DNA of 63,549 nucleotides, filler included, from Welwitschia mirabilis (lineage: Eukaryota): NCBI GenBank assembly GCA_051453625.1. It is 6 parts of one record of this genome, joined end to end, with 100 filler letters (N's around TTAATTAATTAA, not from the genome) between each part and the next. Parts side by side here need not be neighbours in the genome. Positions count along the whole stretch, not along the records: positions 25,224 to 40,590 come from JBOZIK010000001.1; positions 40,691 to 43,447 come from JBOZIK010000001.1; positions 43,548 to 52,342 come from JBOZIK010000001.1; positions 52,443 to 58,644 come from JBOZIK010000001.1; 2 more parts are not named here. One strand, written 5' to 3'. Positions within the stretch are counted from its first letter, which is position 1. Each line of letters starts with the position of its first letter. The position numbers were made by a program, and so were the translations under genes. Shown piece by piece: positions 40,387-53,290 of this stretch. The notes under the pieces are model-generated. The model saw nothing but the letters and a program-made list of their open reading frames with translations. It was not told where the DNA came from and searched no databases.

Positions 40387-40590
40387 TGTTAGGATCACCG
40401 AATACCTTAGAGGGGGGGTGAATAGGGTTCTAAAAATCTTTCAACAAAACGATTTAAACTATACAAAATAAAATATAAACAACAAATGCACTATACCGAT
40501 TTATAGTGGTTCAGCTCTCCAAGCCTACTCCACTCACAAGAGGCAGCAAAAGCTCTTCAGCCTCTTGGTTCCTTTAACAAACAGTGCAGC
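40387..40590 (-). repeat. SIRE LTR 3'-end fragment (same family as 32755)
   Basis: tgttaggatcacc...agagggggggtgaatagggtt and atttatagtggttc.gctct..agcctactccactcaca.gaggcagca match 32755-32925. Confidence 0.85.
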
Positions 40591-40690
40591 NNNNNNNNNN
40601 NNNNNNNNNNNNNNNNNNNNNNNNNNNNNNNNNNTTAATTAATTAANNNNNNNNNNNNNNNNNNNNNNNNNNNNNNNNNNNNNNNNNNNN

Positions 40691-43447
40691 AAATTTAAAA
40701 ACCCTATTCACTCCCCCCGCCCCCCTCTCTAGGGTGTTTTATGATCCTAACATTTGGTATCAGAGCTTGGTTGCTCTAGATTAGTGTTTCTTTTTTCTCT
40801 TACTATGTGTTTGCAGATCAAATGGCTTCCTCAAGTTTTTCAGAAGGTCAATCCATCTCCACACCACCATTGTTCTAAGGATCTAATTATGCCTATTGAA
40901 AAACCAAGATGGCAATCTTTTTGCAATCTCTAGATTGTGAGCTATGGGAAATGGTTGAACTTGGTTATGCTACTCCTGCGAAAGTGGTTGGCAGTAAAAC
41001 CATTCCAAAATCTAGGAATGAAGGGGAAGAGGACGACAAAAGGGTTGCTCAGATGAATGCTAAGGCCATGAACGCCTTAATCCGTGTTTTATCCTCAAAA
41101 GAATACAACAGAGTGGTGCAATGCACAACAGCCCAAAAAATATGGGAGACCTTAAGAGTTGCACATGAAGGGACAAATGTTGTGAAAAAGGCCAAACTGC
41201 AAATGTTAGCAACTCAACTTGAAAACATAAAGATGGAAGATTTAGAAACAATGGCAAAATACACTTCAAAGATAGATGACATCGTGAGTGGCATCTGGGG
41301 GCTGGGAGAAGCTATACCTCATAATCGAGTTGTAAGAAAAATTCTCAAAAATCTCACTAAGAAATTCAGACCCAAGATCACTACGATTAAGGAGAGTAAA
41401 GATATCGACCTCATCAAAGTTGAAGAACTCAAGGGACCACTCATGGCATATAGGGCCTCTTTATAGATAGAAGATGATCATCCAAAACGGAGAAACATAG
41501 CTCTTAAAGTAGAATCAGATGCAGATGAAGACTCTCAATCAAGTGAGGATCTAGAAGACAACGATTTAGCTCTCTTGGCAAGAAACTTCAAAAGGTTCCT
41601 CAAGAAGAAAGGAGGAAGGTCTTCTTAGCCACCCTTCAAACGAGGTATGGACATAGTAAGAATCCTTCTAGTTCTATACAATGTTATAAATGCAAAGAGT
41701 TTGGTCATATTGCTTCAGAATGCGTAAACAAACGCAAGCACAAGCCTTCCAAATCAAAAGGGAAGAAAGCCCTGAAAGTTACACGGGATGAGGACGATGT
41801 TAGTTCTCATTCAAGCGATGAAGGCAGCTGCAATAATTTTGGTCTCATCTCTTTAGCAAAAGACGTAAGTAATTCCGTTAATTTAGACTCATTTATTAAT
41901 TTATCTGAGGTACATGATTATGTAAGTGATGATGATGATAATGATGATTTATCTATTGCCTATGAGAAGTTATATCATGTTAGTCTAGACCTTGGAAAAA
42001 ACAAATTTTGTCTTAAGAAGAAGGTGGGTGATCTGGGAGGGAAACTAAAAGAGACTTCCCTAAGATAGAATCTCTTCAGAAAGATCTAGCCCAAGCACAA
42101 GGAACAACTAAATGTCTTGCTAATGGGAAAGAAAATCTGGATCGTATACTAGGATTGGAAAGGAGACCAAATAACAAATCCAGCATTGGATCAACTCTTA
42201 GTATGTTACCTCCTCAAAAGTTTTTTTGTTCAAGTGCTAAATATCATTCTTTTGGTATCTCTAATTTACAATGTTATTTCTGTCAAGAATATGATCATAT
42301 CCAATACTCTTGTCCTTATAGAAAATCTTAGTATTTTAGCTATAACTATAATTTCAAGTTTCAAAGTGAATCTAGATCTTTAGAAAGAAGACTGGTCGTC
42401 AAGAAGAGTAGTTGGAAATGGATTAGGAAGGAGGCCACCAAGTCTCTTTTTGCTTATGCAGCTCTTAAGGTGCAAGAAACTACAAAATGATATCTTGATA
42501 GTGGATGCTCCGTCACATGATTGATGCCAAAAGCTTGTTAGCAACCTTCCAAGACTATGACAGCAGGAAGCAACCTTTGGAGATAACAGCAAAGATCACA
42601 TTGTTGGTAAGGGATCCATTGTTGCTAGTGATATTCATCCCGAAATTCATGATGTTTATTTAGTTAATAGTTTAAAGCATAATCTTTTGAGTGTTTCTCA
42701 AATCTGTGATAGAGGAAACATCGTGTCTTTTTATAAAGATAAATGTGTTGTTAAAAACATTGTTGCAAGACTCTCCAAGTCTCGGCGAGTACTCTCCGAG
42801 TCCTGATTTTTTTTGAACTCACGAATCGGGTGGGCAGCAACTCGCCGAGTCGGAGTCAGCTTTCAAAACTNNNNNNNNNNNNNNNNNNNNNNNNNNNNNN
42901 NNNNNNNNNNNNNNNNNNNNNNNNNNNNCCGAGTCTTGCAACAATGGTTAAAAATGCTTCTACTAATAGTGTGGTTTTGTCTAGCAATAGATCAAAGTGT
43001 GTATATGTAATTGGTAGTCAAGACAAGAGTAGGAAAGGATGTTCTATTATGCAGAAAAATGAAGTCGATATCTGGCATAGAAGGGTTGGTCATATGAATC
43101 TCAAGGAATTAAAGACAATTTCAACCAAGGAAACTGTGGCTGGAATTCCCAGATTTAATGTGTAACAGGCAAGATTGTGCGAATCATGCATGAAAGGTAA
43201 ATAGTCCAAGTCAAGTTTCAAGTCTAAATCAGGTATTTCCATAAGCCAACCTCTTGATCCTATTCATACGGACTTGGTTGGGCCAACTCAATCAAGGAGT
43301 TTAGGAAGTAAGACATATTTTCTAGTTATGGTGGATGATTTCTCTCACTTTTGTTGGGTCTCATTCCTGTCTAGCAAGGATAAGACATTTGATCTTTTTG
43401 TCAAAGCGTGCAGGAAAATTCAAAATAAGAAAGGATACACCATCAAG
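40691..43447 (+). mobile_element. Partial SIRE copia element (LTR end, PBS, gag, protease, start of integrase), bounded by gaps
   Basis: LTR end ...gatcctaaca at 40752; perfect PBS TGGTATCAGAGC at 40755-40766; gag from ATG 40822 (MAIFLQSLDCELWEMVE...AHEGTNVVKKAKLQML); integrase DLVGPTQSRSLGSKTYFLVMVDDFS. Close relative of 25622-33785. Confidence 0.92.
42758..42946. mobile_element. Non-autonomous hAT-type MITE inserted in copia pol
   Basis: Perfect 16-bp TIR CATTGTTGCAAGACTC/GAGTCTTGCAACAATG; perfect 8-bp TSD GTTAAAAA (42750-42757 and 42947-42954); internal CCGAGT/ACTCG repeats; contains a gap. Confidence 0.9.
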
Positions 43448-43547
43448 NNNNNNNNNNNNNNNNNNNNNNNNNNNNNNNNNNNNNNNNNNNNTTAATTAAT
43501 TAANNNNNNNNNNNNNNNNNNNNNNNNNNNNNNNNNNNNNNNNNNNN

Positions 43548-43621
43548 TCGGACGTCCCTAGCTGATAACTTCTTGTTTTCTTGAGCTAGAAACTTCATCA
43601 TTGAAAATATTTTCTGCAACA
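43548..43621 (-). repeat. SIRE LTR 5'-end fragment
   Basis: cggacgtccc motif plus catcattgaaaatattttctgcaaca, similar to the LTR terminus at 33760-33785. Confidence 0.65.
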
Positions 43622-44110
43622 CTAATAAGGGGCAAAAGGAAAGGATAGAGAGAAGGAATGAAAGTCGCTTGGAGATATGATCCTAGATGGGTGAAGTAGT
43701 TAGAGGATTTCTTTTTGTTAAGTAAGGAGGCCCGCGAACTAGACCGAAGGCAGATCTCGAAGCAAAAGGATGTGGGGCTGAGTTTCAGATTTGACCCCTA
43801 AAGCTGGGTTGGATAACAAAGCTAGGCAAAAGAATGGAGGTGAAGGGCCAAACAAAAGCTAGATTTCACACCTAGGGTGTGGAATTCCCTAGATTCCATA
43901 CATTGGGCATGGTATTCAATTGGGTAAGGGGAAAAGAAGGAGAAGAAAAAAGAAGAGAGAAGAGAAAAGAGAAAGAAAGAAAGCAAAGAAGGAGAGAAAA
44001 GAAGGAGAAAGAGAAAGGAGATAGGAGAGAAAGAAAGAGGGTTGAGCAAAACACAAAAATGGGTCCCACAGCATCTAGGGGTCAAGTTGGTACCCAATGG
44101 AATCTAAGTG
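43622..44110 (-). repeat. Tat-family LTR fragment
   Basis: Colinear with 37372-37862 (ggaatgaaagt, tcagatttgacccct, aaacaaaag.tagatt, gtgtggaattcc..gattccac/ta, purine tract, catctagggg). Confidence 0.8.
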
Positions 44111-44584
44111 CATATTCATAGCTAGTGTTATGAAGCCAAAAACTATTTGAACCAGTTAAATCTAGGCTTAAACAAGCTCTGAAACAAATTGAGGGATTGA
44201 AAACGCTTGGGATTGAATAGGGTATTTTAAAAAGGAATTCTAGTAACATTTAAGAACTTAATGAGATGAACAACTCTTTATGAAATAACTTGATCAAAAC
44301 ATATATCGCTTGTGCTATCTAGTAACAAAATTATCCTTCATAAGCCAAAGCACAAGATCAATTATTCTTGTGGTTCAAGAAAAAATTCTACTCCACTATC
44401 GCAACGTAAACAATAACTAAGGATGCCCCAGATCTGGTTATCATCAAAGAATATGTTTTACAGGTTCATGCATGACCTTCATAAAGGTTTTAGAGTTTCA
44501 CCTCTAACCTTTATAATCAGACGTTTAAGGATTAGACTAAATATAACTTCAAAACCAGCAAGAAATTAGTGATGCATATACCCT

Positions 44585-46279
44585 TACTACTTGGATTCAC
44601 TCCAAGCCTTAGATCGTTGAAATAAACAAAGTAAGCGTAAAAAAAGCTTTGGAGAAGGTGAGAATAAGTATTTTAACTCTTCCAAATAAATGTTGATGAG
44701 TTGAAGATCGGTAGGCAAGAGAATATGGACTGCTAAAACTAAACTAGTGATTGTCACAAAGGTCAGGTTGACCCAACAAGTCATGCGGTAGACTCATCAT
44801 GGGCAGTCAAAAAGCTACAAACAATCTATCTAGCTATATGTTCTATGTGGTTGTCCCAACCTAAGGTAGCTATAGAAGATCCTACATATAGTGTGGTTGC
44901 CTCAACTATGTAACAAGTTGACCCAAGGCCAAAGAGTAAATAAACAAGCTTGATGAAACGAGATCGGAACATGTTGAATTCTTAGCACTTGTCCAAAATA
45001 TAATCTTCTAAGCATCATGCCTGAAACGAGTGAATCCACATGGCAAGAATAATCACATCTTAATGACAATTTTGACATGAATAACAATATATATCTAACA
45101 GCTTATCCCCAAAATATCAATCTGTGAAAAAGATTCTGCATCTTGTCTAGGTGCATCACAAAAGGAGTGCCTTCTTCATCTTTGTGGGAAACGCTTGACT
45201 TAAGACCAAAATTTATTAATCATTGAGGGCTAATCAGACCTCTCTTTCAGCTTTTGCTAGAATGTATGAGTGGTCGTCACATTTGCATGCACCTTTAGGA
45301 TTTCATTGCTCAAGCACAAGTTCATGTAACTAAGTGCCTTCAAATTCATCTTGTTCCATTTGATATCATGCACATGCTTTTTCCAATCTTCATTAAACAT
45401 CCTAGAAGTAGCTTTGGCTTTATCCTTAAACATCAAGATGATTTTAAAATCTTTCTCTGCTAGGAAGTTCTCCAACAAATTTTCCAAATGTCCCCATTTC
45501 TAGGCTAGTGAGATAATAAATGATCTATAGATGCTCCACGATAGTCAAAAATGATTACATGAATCCTAACAAATAGTTGTACTGATGCCAAAAATAGTTG
45601 TACTTACGCCAAAAAATTTCAAACATGCACACACTGTGCACGTGTGGGCTTGCTACACTCTGCTATGTAGTGCTGCCCCACTCTGTTTGAGTCACTTGCA
45701 AAATGACCTGTTCGATATTTGTCAAATACGGAACCGCTCCACCCCTGGCCNNNNNNNNNNNNNNNNNNNNNNNNNNNNNNNNNNNNNNNNNNNNNNNNNN
45801 NNNNNNNNNNNNNNNNNNNNNNNNNNNNNNNNNNNNNNNNNNNNNNNNNNACCTCACAAACCCTGGCCTCTAAGACTAGTTGTTATAAAAACAACTAAGA
45901 AGAGAACAAACAAGAGAAAAAACACACGGATTTACTTAGTAAAACCCTCGAATGTAGAGGGAAACATCGACAAGAAGCAAGAAGAGCTCTACTATCAAAA
46001 GAAGCCAGGAGTATGATCAAAGACCCAAGGAAGCACAAAGTGCTTTACAAAACCCTCCTCAAATCTCAATATCACTTACAACCTAAGCAAGAGTTCAAAT
46101 AGATTTAGGAGAACATTCTAGGAATCTCTGCATGAGAACATTCTAGAAACCTTTGCATGAGAACATTCTATTTTATTTATTTTAATACCCTAAGGTGATT
46201 ATATAATACAATGACCTTTTAGAATAAAAAGGTCAATATCACACAGGGGATAAAATATAATTTGGCTTCACATCTCACA
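44585..46279 (-). mobile_element. Truncated copia element of Tork/TAR type: LTR 45881-46279, PBS relic, gag remnant
   Basis: gag LENFLAEKDF...KWNKMNLKALSYMNLCLSNEIL; PBS relic gcctctaagacta before tgttataaaa at 45881. The LTR resembles 52543-52997 (acac.gattta..., tttggcttcacat) and has a 25-bp gagaacattcta tandem at 46110-46170. Confidence 0.65.
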
Positions 46280-46898
46280 AGGAAGATTTAAGCTCTTTCC
46301 CTAACTAAGCATCATTTCACTCATTGAAACAGCAGGTTCCAACCCCATTCCAGTGTGATGATTTCATGGTAAAGCCCTTATTGTTTTACCAACTTCTTGT
46401 CAGAACCCATCTCAAACTACCAAGAGGGGAATTCAATCCTTGTGCTAGCCTCAGCCTGCTCACTCTTCTCACTTCTCATTCTTCTTTTGGTTTCCTGTTC
46501 CTTTGCTTATTTTCATGACCATACTTTTCAGCCAGGCAACTAGAGCCATCGGTCACCTCTTATAGCTGTAGCAGCACCAAGGCCAAGGCCATGGCATACC
46601 CAGGTTTATTATAACCCATGCGATCACCATTGTACTCCTTCCAGCTATGTAAACCTCCTGCTCAAATATTACATCAAGCTTCATCCATGCCACCTCTTAA
46701 CCCTAATGATCAATTCCAGTCCACCTTGCTGCAATTCAAGGGAGAGATACAAGCCTTAAAGAATCTAATATATATACTCTCTTGTTAATAACATAAGTCA
46801 TTTGCATCTATTATTAGTCTAACAGATGATACCAGTTGTAAGTACAGCAACAAAAAAAAAAAAAAATTAAAATGAGCCTGCAAGCTAGTCTATTTCAC

Positions 46899-48092
46899 CT
46901 TTGATCTTCAGTGTTTTCATGTTGTATTGTAATCAAAAATGCACAGTGGCTTCTGCTGCTTGAAAAATTCATCTCTAACAGGTTAAGCATTAATAATTGA
47001 AAACACTTATCATAAATGGAAGAAAAGAAAAGAATAATTGAATACTCAATCTGCAAATGTGATAATTTGACAAAATAGGATACGTGTTTCCCCAATGGCT
47101 CTGTTTGCGATACCTTCCTAAAATTTCATCACCTTAGTTCATTTTAGTATTTAAAACCATATGATAAATAAATAATTAACTTTTCTTTTACCGAAAGATG
47201 CTTCAGCATCTCTTGAACACTTTGGATGTGAATCTGTTAAAGAAGCACAACATAGATGCCCAATTAAGCCACTGTCAGCTAGTAACAAATTCTCATTGAT
47301 TTATGTACAAATTTATATATGCGGGGACCACTGGCCTAAAATATTGACATGCATATGCAAAATTATATAAGGAACAACAAATCTGCCTCCAAAGCACCAC
47401 CTCTTCTGATTGCTCTAGCCTTTTGTATTCCCTTTATGGATCTATTTTACACTTTTCAATCAAGTAGGACTATACCTCAGTTACGCCGGAAATAAAGACT
47501 CCCTTCACTCTGTTCTCTTTAACCTGCAAATTGTCTTTAGACAGGTCAAACAAGTCCCTGGTGGATGCATTGTTTAGTTAGATGCCCATGTTTAGAATAG
47601 CAGAACTCTTTTCATGACAAGAGAATCACATTGAGTTAAGTACCACAACCAATTATAAAGTTGTATAAGACATGTTTATTTGGACACCAATCACAAGGAA
47701 TGACCCAAATCTTCTTGAAATAAAAGTAGAAGATAGTCCAAGATGCATGCTAAATTGTGAGAGTATAGGAACACAATTGAAGCAGTAAACTAAAATTTTA
47801 GTGTTCATTTAGAAAAATTCATTTCTTACCTTATTTTTTCCATGTATATTTCCACCTACTCAAAACAAAGAAAACAAATGCACTTTTAACATGCTGGCAT
47901 GACCCAAAAGGATTTGAAAATCTAATTTCATAAAATAAATGAACATTGTCTTATGTAGAAGGAAAATACCATAGAAAGATTAATAGTGAATTTTGTAGAG
48001 GTCTCAGCATTTTTTATGAGCTGAAATATACTTTCAGCAACTCGAGGAAGGATACCCTTTCTCTGTTTTTCAAGTGACAGAATTGTTGGACC
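46899..48092 (-). CDS. Six consecutive exons of a kinesin motor domain, kinesin-1 (KIN1/PSS1)-like: 48092-47970, 47855-47830, 47557-47476, 47233-47192, 47117-47084, 46974-46899
   Basis: All boundaries are GT-AG with compatible phases (0,2,0,0,1). The spliced product has no stops: GPTILSLEKQRKGILPRVAESIFQLIKNAETSTKFTINLSM VEIYMEKIR DLFDLSKDNLQVKENRVKGVFISGVTE IHIQSVQEMLKHLS EGIANRAIGETQ MNFSSSRSHCAFLITIQHENTEDQR. It includes switch I (NxxSSRSH) and the kinesin-1-like EIYMEKIRDL. Confidence 0.93.
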
Positions 48093-50083
48093 CTGAAGTA
48101 ATACCCAAGCCATTTCAGGAGCTTCTTTTCATCTATGGTATTTGAGTAGTAAATTTGAAGACTGTATACCCAGATGGATTTGAAGGAATGCATTGCTTTA
48201 AAGGCTAGAAACTGACATATACATAACTGCATGTCTACAAAACTTTAGAAGACCTTGGTTAAAACCACAAACTAAAGAAAGAGGCTTCACACATGTAAAT
48301 AGCATTTCAATTAGCTCCCAAGAGTTCTGACCATATCGGAATCGGCTTCTCTTAAATAATAATTAAAAATTCATGTTAAGAAAATAATCCATGTTCAACA
48401 TGTAAAAAGTATTCCATGCCCAATTATCATTTAAAGGCTCCTTTAAATTGTTTAAAAAGAAAGAAAGGAAAAAAATGAAAAAACATCATAATTTAAATCT
48501 TGCCAATTGTGAGTTAATTTCATATAACAGATGTATCAGCAAGAATTATACAAGGGATGAACTTAAAATTTTATTACTCTGTTCTACCACTAGTTTTGAA
48601 GTTTGTTAGAAAGCTCTCTGAACTCAAATGACATTTGCAATATTTTCAAGATGTTTTTTAAACTTCTGGAATGAATATTAGATTTTGTTGTTTTCATACA
48701 AATTTGTGATTGCTCCACTCTATTTTTGTCTTAAACTTCCTACTTATCTCTATGACAATGTTCAATCTAGAGATATTTTGTGTTCAAGAACAAACGGGCT
48801 TCATTATTCCATTTTCTGTCTTCAATTCTACAAGATTACTACCTCTAAAATTTGACCAGGGTATGGAATTGAGGCATACACAATTAACTATAAAAACGAC
48901 AGACCTGTACCATGGGAAATTGGTCAAGGAAAATTGAACTCAATGTCATGAACTAATGCAGTGACAGGAACAAAACAATGAAGAAGACAATAAGGAAAAA
49001 TGCACAAGTTTACAAGGTTGAGGCCCTTCTGTTCTTATGTCCTCATCACAATGTAGATCTCTTGCAGAAATGGCAAAAACAAGGACACAAGTCATCCTTG
49101 AAAGCTTACAGCAAGGCATACAATCATTTCCTTCCCAAAGCCCTGCACTTTCTTCACCACAAGCTGTTGGAGAAATCATTAGTTTGAAACTTTCAGTGGT
49201 GATCAAAGGGGGCATGCTTCCTGGCATATGTAATATGCAATTTCATCGAAGCCAGCATGTCCCAGGATCTTAGATAGCACATTTCACTGTTCAGATCCAC
49301 ATACGAAAAAACTGCAGTTGGGACATCCGGGCCTTTAGTGCAGGACATCTGACACAGTTCAAAGTTTTCTCAGAACATTAAGTGAAACACCTGGGTTAAC
49401 CAAATGGGACATCTGGACTTTTGAATTGGATGAAAAAAACATGCAAAATGGATCTTTTTTTTTCACAGTGTATCTTTCCAAAATCACAGTTTCAGTTAGA
49501 ATAGGAGATGCCAAATCTATCCTGACTGAAATGGAGCTGAACTGGAAGTGCTTCAACCACGATTTTGGATCATGCAAGATAAAAACCAAGCTTCTCATTT
49601 TCATTTATACTTTACTCTCCAAATTTTCATGCATTGCATTCTTCTCTTGCTCTAAACTCTGACATTCTTCATGCATTGCTCTGAACTACTGTACGAAAGC
49701 TCTCAAGTTAGCAGATAATGCATCAAGGCACATTTCTGTATCCGAAATCAGTACTGATGATTCTTGTGTGAGTGCTTCATTGAATTGGGAGACAAAGGAG
49801 TTTGCTTGTAGCGTAAAGCACCCTAAGGTGATTGAAGACAGTTGCTTAAGCATAATTTCAAGTAGAGATAAAAGAACCATGATGCTGAAGGAGTTTTTGC
49901 TGCCCTGCTGAGAGTGAAGTAGGCTTTGTCAAACCACCTATTAAATCTGTAGTATGCTCTGTTCTTTTGTGTTTTAGCTTTTGTTTCTTTCGGACTAAAC
50001 ATTTTAATAGTTTATGTAATAGGCTTAGAACATTTCATTGACTCTTTTTTAACTGCTTTTTTTAAACAATAACATACACTAAC

Positions 50084-53000
50084 TGTTGGACGCCAACTCA
50101 ACCCTGCCACCTGGAGGCCCTTCACTCCTCTCCGTTCCTCTTCTATCCACTTTTTTCCTTCTACTCTCCCCTCCTCCATACCTTTCTTCCTTTCCCTACC
50201 TTTCATTCCCCCTTGTTCTCCCCTCGTCAGAATCCCATAGATTCCATATTAGGCATGGAATCTCATCCCAATCCATGCGCAGCGCATGGAAGACACCTAG
50301 GACCCTAGATCCTATCTGAGCCTTTGGCTCCCTCTGAGGATGAAATGACCAGGTTATAACACGGAATTGAGGTCTCTTTCCTTAAACAGCACCAGCCAGC
50401 TCATAGAAGAGAGAAGAATGAGGTAAAGAACTTTTGGTTGATCAGACCCCCAGGGTGGTTCTCTAACCTTAGATGCCAGGATGATCTATAGCCCCAGGAC
50501 CCTAGGTTTCTTCCTTACATACTCCTCTTTTCCTCTCCTCCATCCTTCAACCACCTCTCTCTTTTCTCCTCCCCTCTTCTCTTCTCTTCCTTTTCTATTC
50601 TCCTCTTCTCTCCTTTCCTNNNNNNNNNNNNNNNNNNNNNNNNNNNNNNNNNNNNNNNNNNNNNNNNNNNNNNNNNNNNNNNNNNNNNNNNNNNNNNNNN
50701 NNNNNNNNNNNNNNNNNNNTCTTCCTTTTCTCTTCTCCTCTTCTCTCCTTTCCTTTCTTTTTCTCTCTCCTCCCTTCCTTCCCATTCGTGCTCTCTCTTT
50801 GCTCTCTTTCTTTCTTCTCGCTCTTCTCTCTTCTCTTTCCCTCCTCTTCTCTTCTCTTTCACCTCCCTAAGCCCCACGATTCCATGCAATCTCTCCTATC
50901 GTATACCCCCCTTCCTTGGTCATTTCACCCAAAATCCTTGCTAAACCCAGTTCTTAGACCCTCTCCTCCCTTTTTCTGCAATAGTTCGTAAGTCAGGATC
51001 CTTCCTTAACTAATTTCCCTCCTAAAACCTAGTTCCTCAAGATCACGTCCAACCCTTCTCACATAACCTTCCTCTCGAAAGGTATATTTACCAGGATCTA
51101 TTCGCTTCAAGTCTAGAAGAGTTCTAAGGTTGCATCAAATCCCTAGAATGTGCCAAAATCAAGGGAGTCTACCTGTGACATTACACCATAAGGAGTTTAA
51201 TGACCAACGAAGTGACTACTATGCTAGTAGAATGATCCTCTCTGGCAAAATCAGGGACCAGTCGAGATTTCCATTAAGTCCAACATCACTTCACCACATC
51301 ACTGTTAATCTGAGAAATTCAAAGGGATTTCATCTAGATACCACCATTGCACTTCCCTCCCATTCCTCCATGTCACTCCCTCTTCTCTACTCCTAGCTCA
51401 AAAGAGCGGTCTCTTTCCTTCTCTCCCACTCTCAATCCTCACATCTGGAGGACCCTTGCTATGATTTCTCCTTATTCCCTAACTCCACCTCTAGCCTTGT
51501 GACCTCACCATAAACTAGAGGGCCCCCTTCCCCCATCTGCATTCCAGTTGACTATCTCAACCTCATAGACAGTTCTAAGTCCTAGATTAGCAAGAGGATA
51601 TCCTTTCCATTAGCAAGAGACGTCAGAAGAACCAATTGATCACCTCTTCTCATGTGCCTCTTAATTCTTCTACTTTTATCATTCTATTTTTTTATGTAAT
51701 GCTACTACTCTCCTCTTCCACCACAAAGGAAGAAGAAAAAGGAGAGAGAGCAATGTTTTGAACATTTTCTGCAATAAAGAGTTCCTTCTTTACATGCTAA
51801 AACTTACGTTGGACAAGCACCTCATAGTAAGTGAACAGAGAAGCTTGTTTCAAGCGACCTCTTTCCTATGTGGAAGGATCAGTATTGTGCATCGATAGAA
51901 GGAGGCCACTCTTAGGTGTACCATGTCTTCCCTTTTAGAACTTTGCTCTATTTTATGTTCTAGCCTTGGGAGGAGACCCATTAGAACCCCTATTCCCATA
52001 TCCGAGATCTATTCCACCCTACCTCTTTGAGGACATGCTGGAACAATCAAACGGATACATCCTATTACAAAAATACACAATAGCAAAGCTAGTAAACAAT
52101 GTAGAAAGAGAACAAGGAGACACAAGGATTTACATGGAAAACCCCAATGAGGGGGAAAACCATGGGAAAGCAGTGTAAAGCTCTATTATCTTCTTAAAGA
52201 GTACAAGCTAAGAACAGGCTCCAAGCCAACAACAGGCTTCAGGCAAGTATGCCTTATAGATCTCTAGTGACTTTCTGTCTTGCAAAGAAACAACCCTCAC
52301 ACCACCATTAAATAGGCCAAGGGTTACAACCAATTAGGGTTANNNNNNNNNNNNNNNNNNNNNNNNNNNNNNNNNNNNNNNNNNNNTTAATTAATTAANN
52401 NNNNNNNNNNNNNNNNNNNNNNNNNNNNNNNNNNNNNNNNNNTGTTTGCAAACGCGCCATTGTCATTTAACTGTACAGTTGTACGAACACAAAGCTTATC
52501 ACCAACGCGTGTAAGCTCCAAACCTAGTGCTCTGATACCAAGTGTTACAAAAATACACAATAGCAAAGTTAGTAAACAATGTAGAAAGAGAATACGGAGA
52601 CACAAGAATTTACGTGGAAAACCTCAATGAGGGAGGAAACCACAGGAAAGCAGTGCAGAGCTCTATTATCTTTTTAAAGAGTACAAGCCAAGAACATGCT
52701 TCAAGCCAACAACAGGCTTCAGGCAAGTATGCCTTACGAATCTCTAGCGACTCTCTGTCTTGCAAACAAACACCCCTCACACCACCATTAAATAGGCCAA
52801 GGGTTACAACCACTTAGGGTTATAAGCCAAAACCTTAGAGAGGGTACCATCCTTCTCTTGACGCATGTCCCATCTCTACAAACCCACACCCCAAGGATAG
52901 TTTTATTATAGAAACCTCTTTTTACAATATTCAAGTGGGGCCAACGTAAAATATAACATTAGGGACAACACAATAAATTTGGCTTCACATATTAACACAT

Positions 53001-53263
53001 CCATTCTTTGGGAAGGGCTCTTTTCCTTCTAACCCTCTATCCTCTTTTGATTTATTGTGTTACCTTCCCCTTTTCCATGAGGATTTTCTCTGCTAGGCAA
53101 AGCCTCTTTGCTCCAACACTGTTCCTCGGTTACTCTATACCTTGAGGAAAATTATTTTAGGTACCTGATTTCTAGCAGCCCTCTAAGACAAGTATACGAC
53201 CTCACCCTAGAAAGTAGACATTTTTGTCTCTTCTAAGCTTAGGAAAGAGAATTTGTATCAACA
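50084..53263 (+). repeat. 5' LTR of the Tat element (~2.2 kb excluding the 52063-52997 insert)
   Basis: TGTTG/CAACA termini, PBS immediately downstream, homologous to 35748-37862 and 43622-44110, with internal CT-rich tracts. Confidence 0.82.
52063..52997 (-). mobile_element. Copia element with two short LTRs and perfect TSD; internal region lost in an assembly gap
   Basis: LTRs 52063-52342 (partial) and 52543-52997 (455 bp) are clearly similar; perfect PBS gctctgatacca at 52529-52540; TSD CATCC at 52058-52062 and 52998-53002. Confidence 0.9.
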
Positions 53264-53272
53264 CGTCTTCTT

Positions 53273-53290
53273 TGGCACTAGAAGGAGGGG
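53273..53290 (+). promoter_or_regulatory. Primer binding site complementary to tRNA-Asn
   Basis: TGGCACTAGAAGGAGGGG is one mismatch from TGGCGCTAGAAGGAGGGG, the complement of the plant tRNA-Asn 3' end as I recall it. It lies 10 nt after the LTR end. Confidence 0.75.

Noticed and set aside
40387-43621. One solo LTR split by the plus-strand SIRE element
   Set aside because: Flanks (cttta versus ctaat) do not form a TSD and both junctions are unsized gaps, so the arrangement cannot be established.
48700-49920. Cluster of short ORFs upstream of the kinesin exons as possible further exons
   Set aside because: No kinesin P-loop or other motif. The ggacatc repeats suggest a decayed LTR instead.
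50481-50889. Leu/Ser/Phe-rich and Arg/Glu/Lys-rich ORFs (also 37673-37867 and 43822-44121)
   Set aside because: Translations of CT/GA low-complexity tracts inside Tat LTRs.
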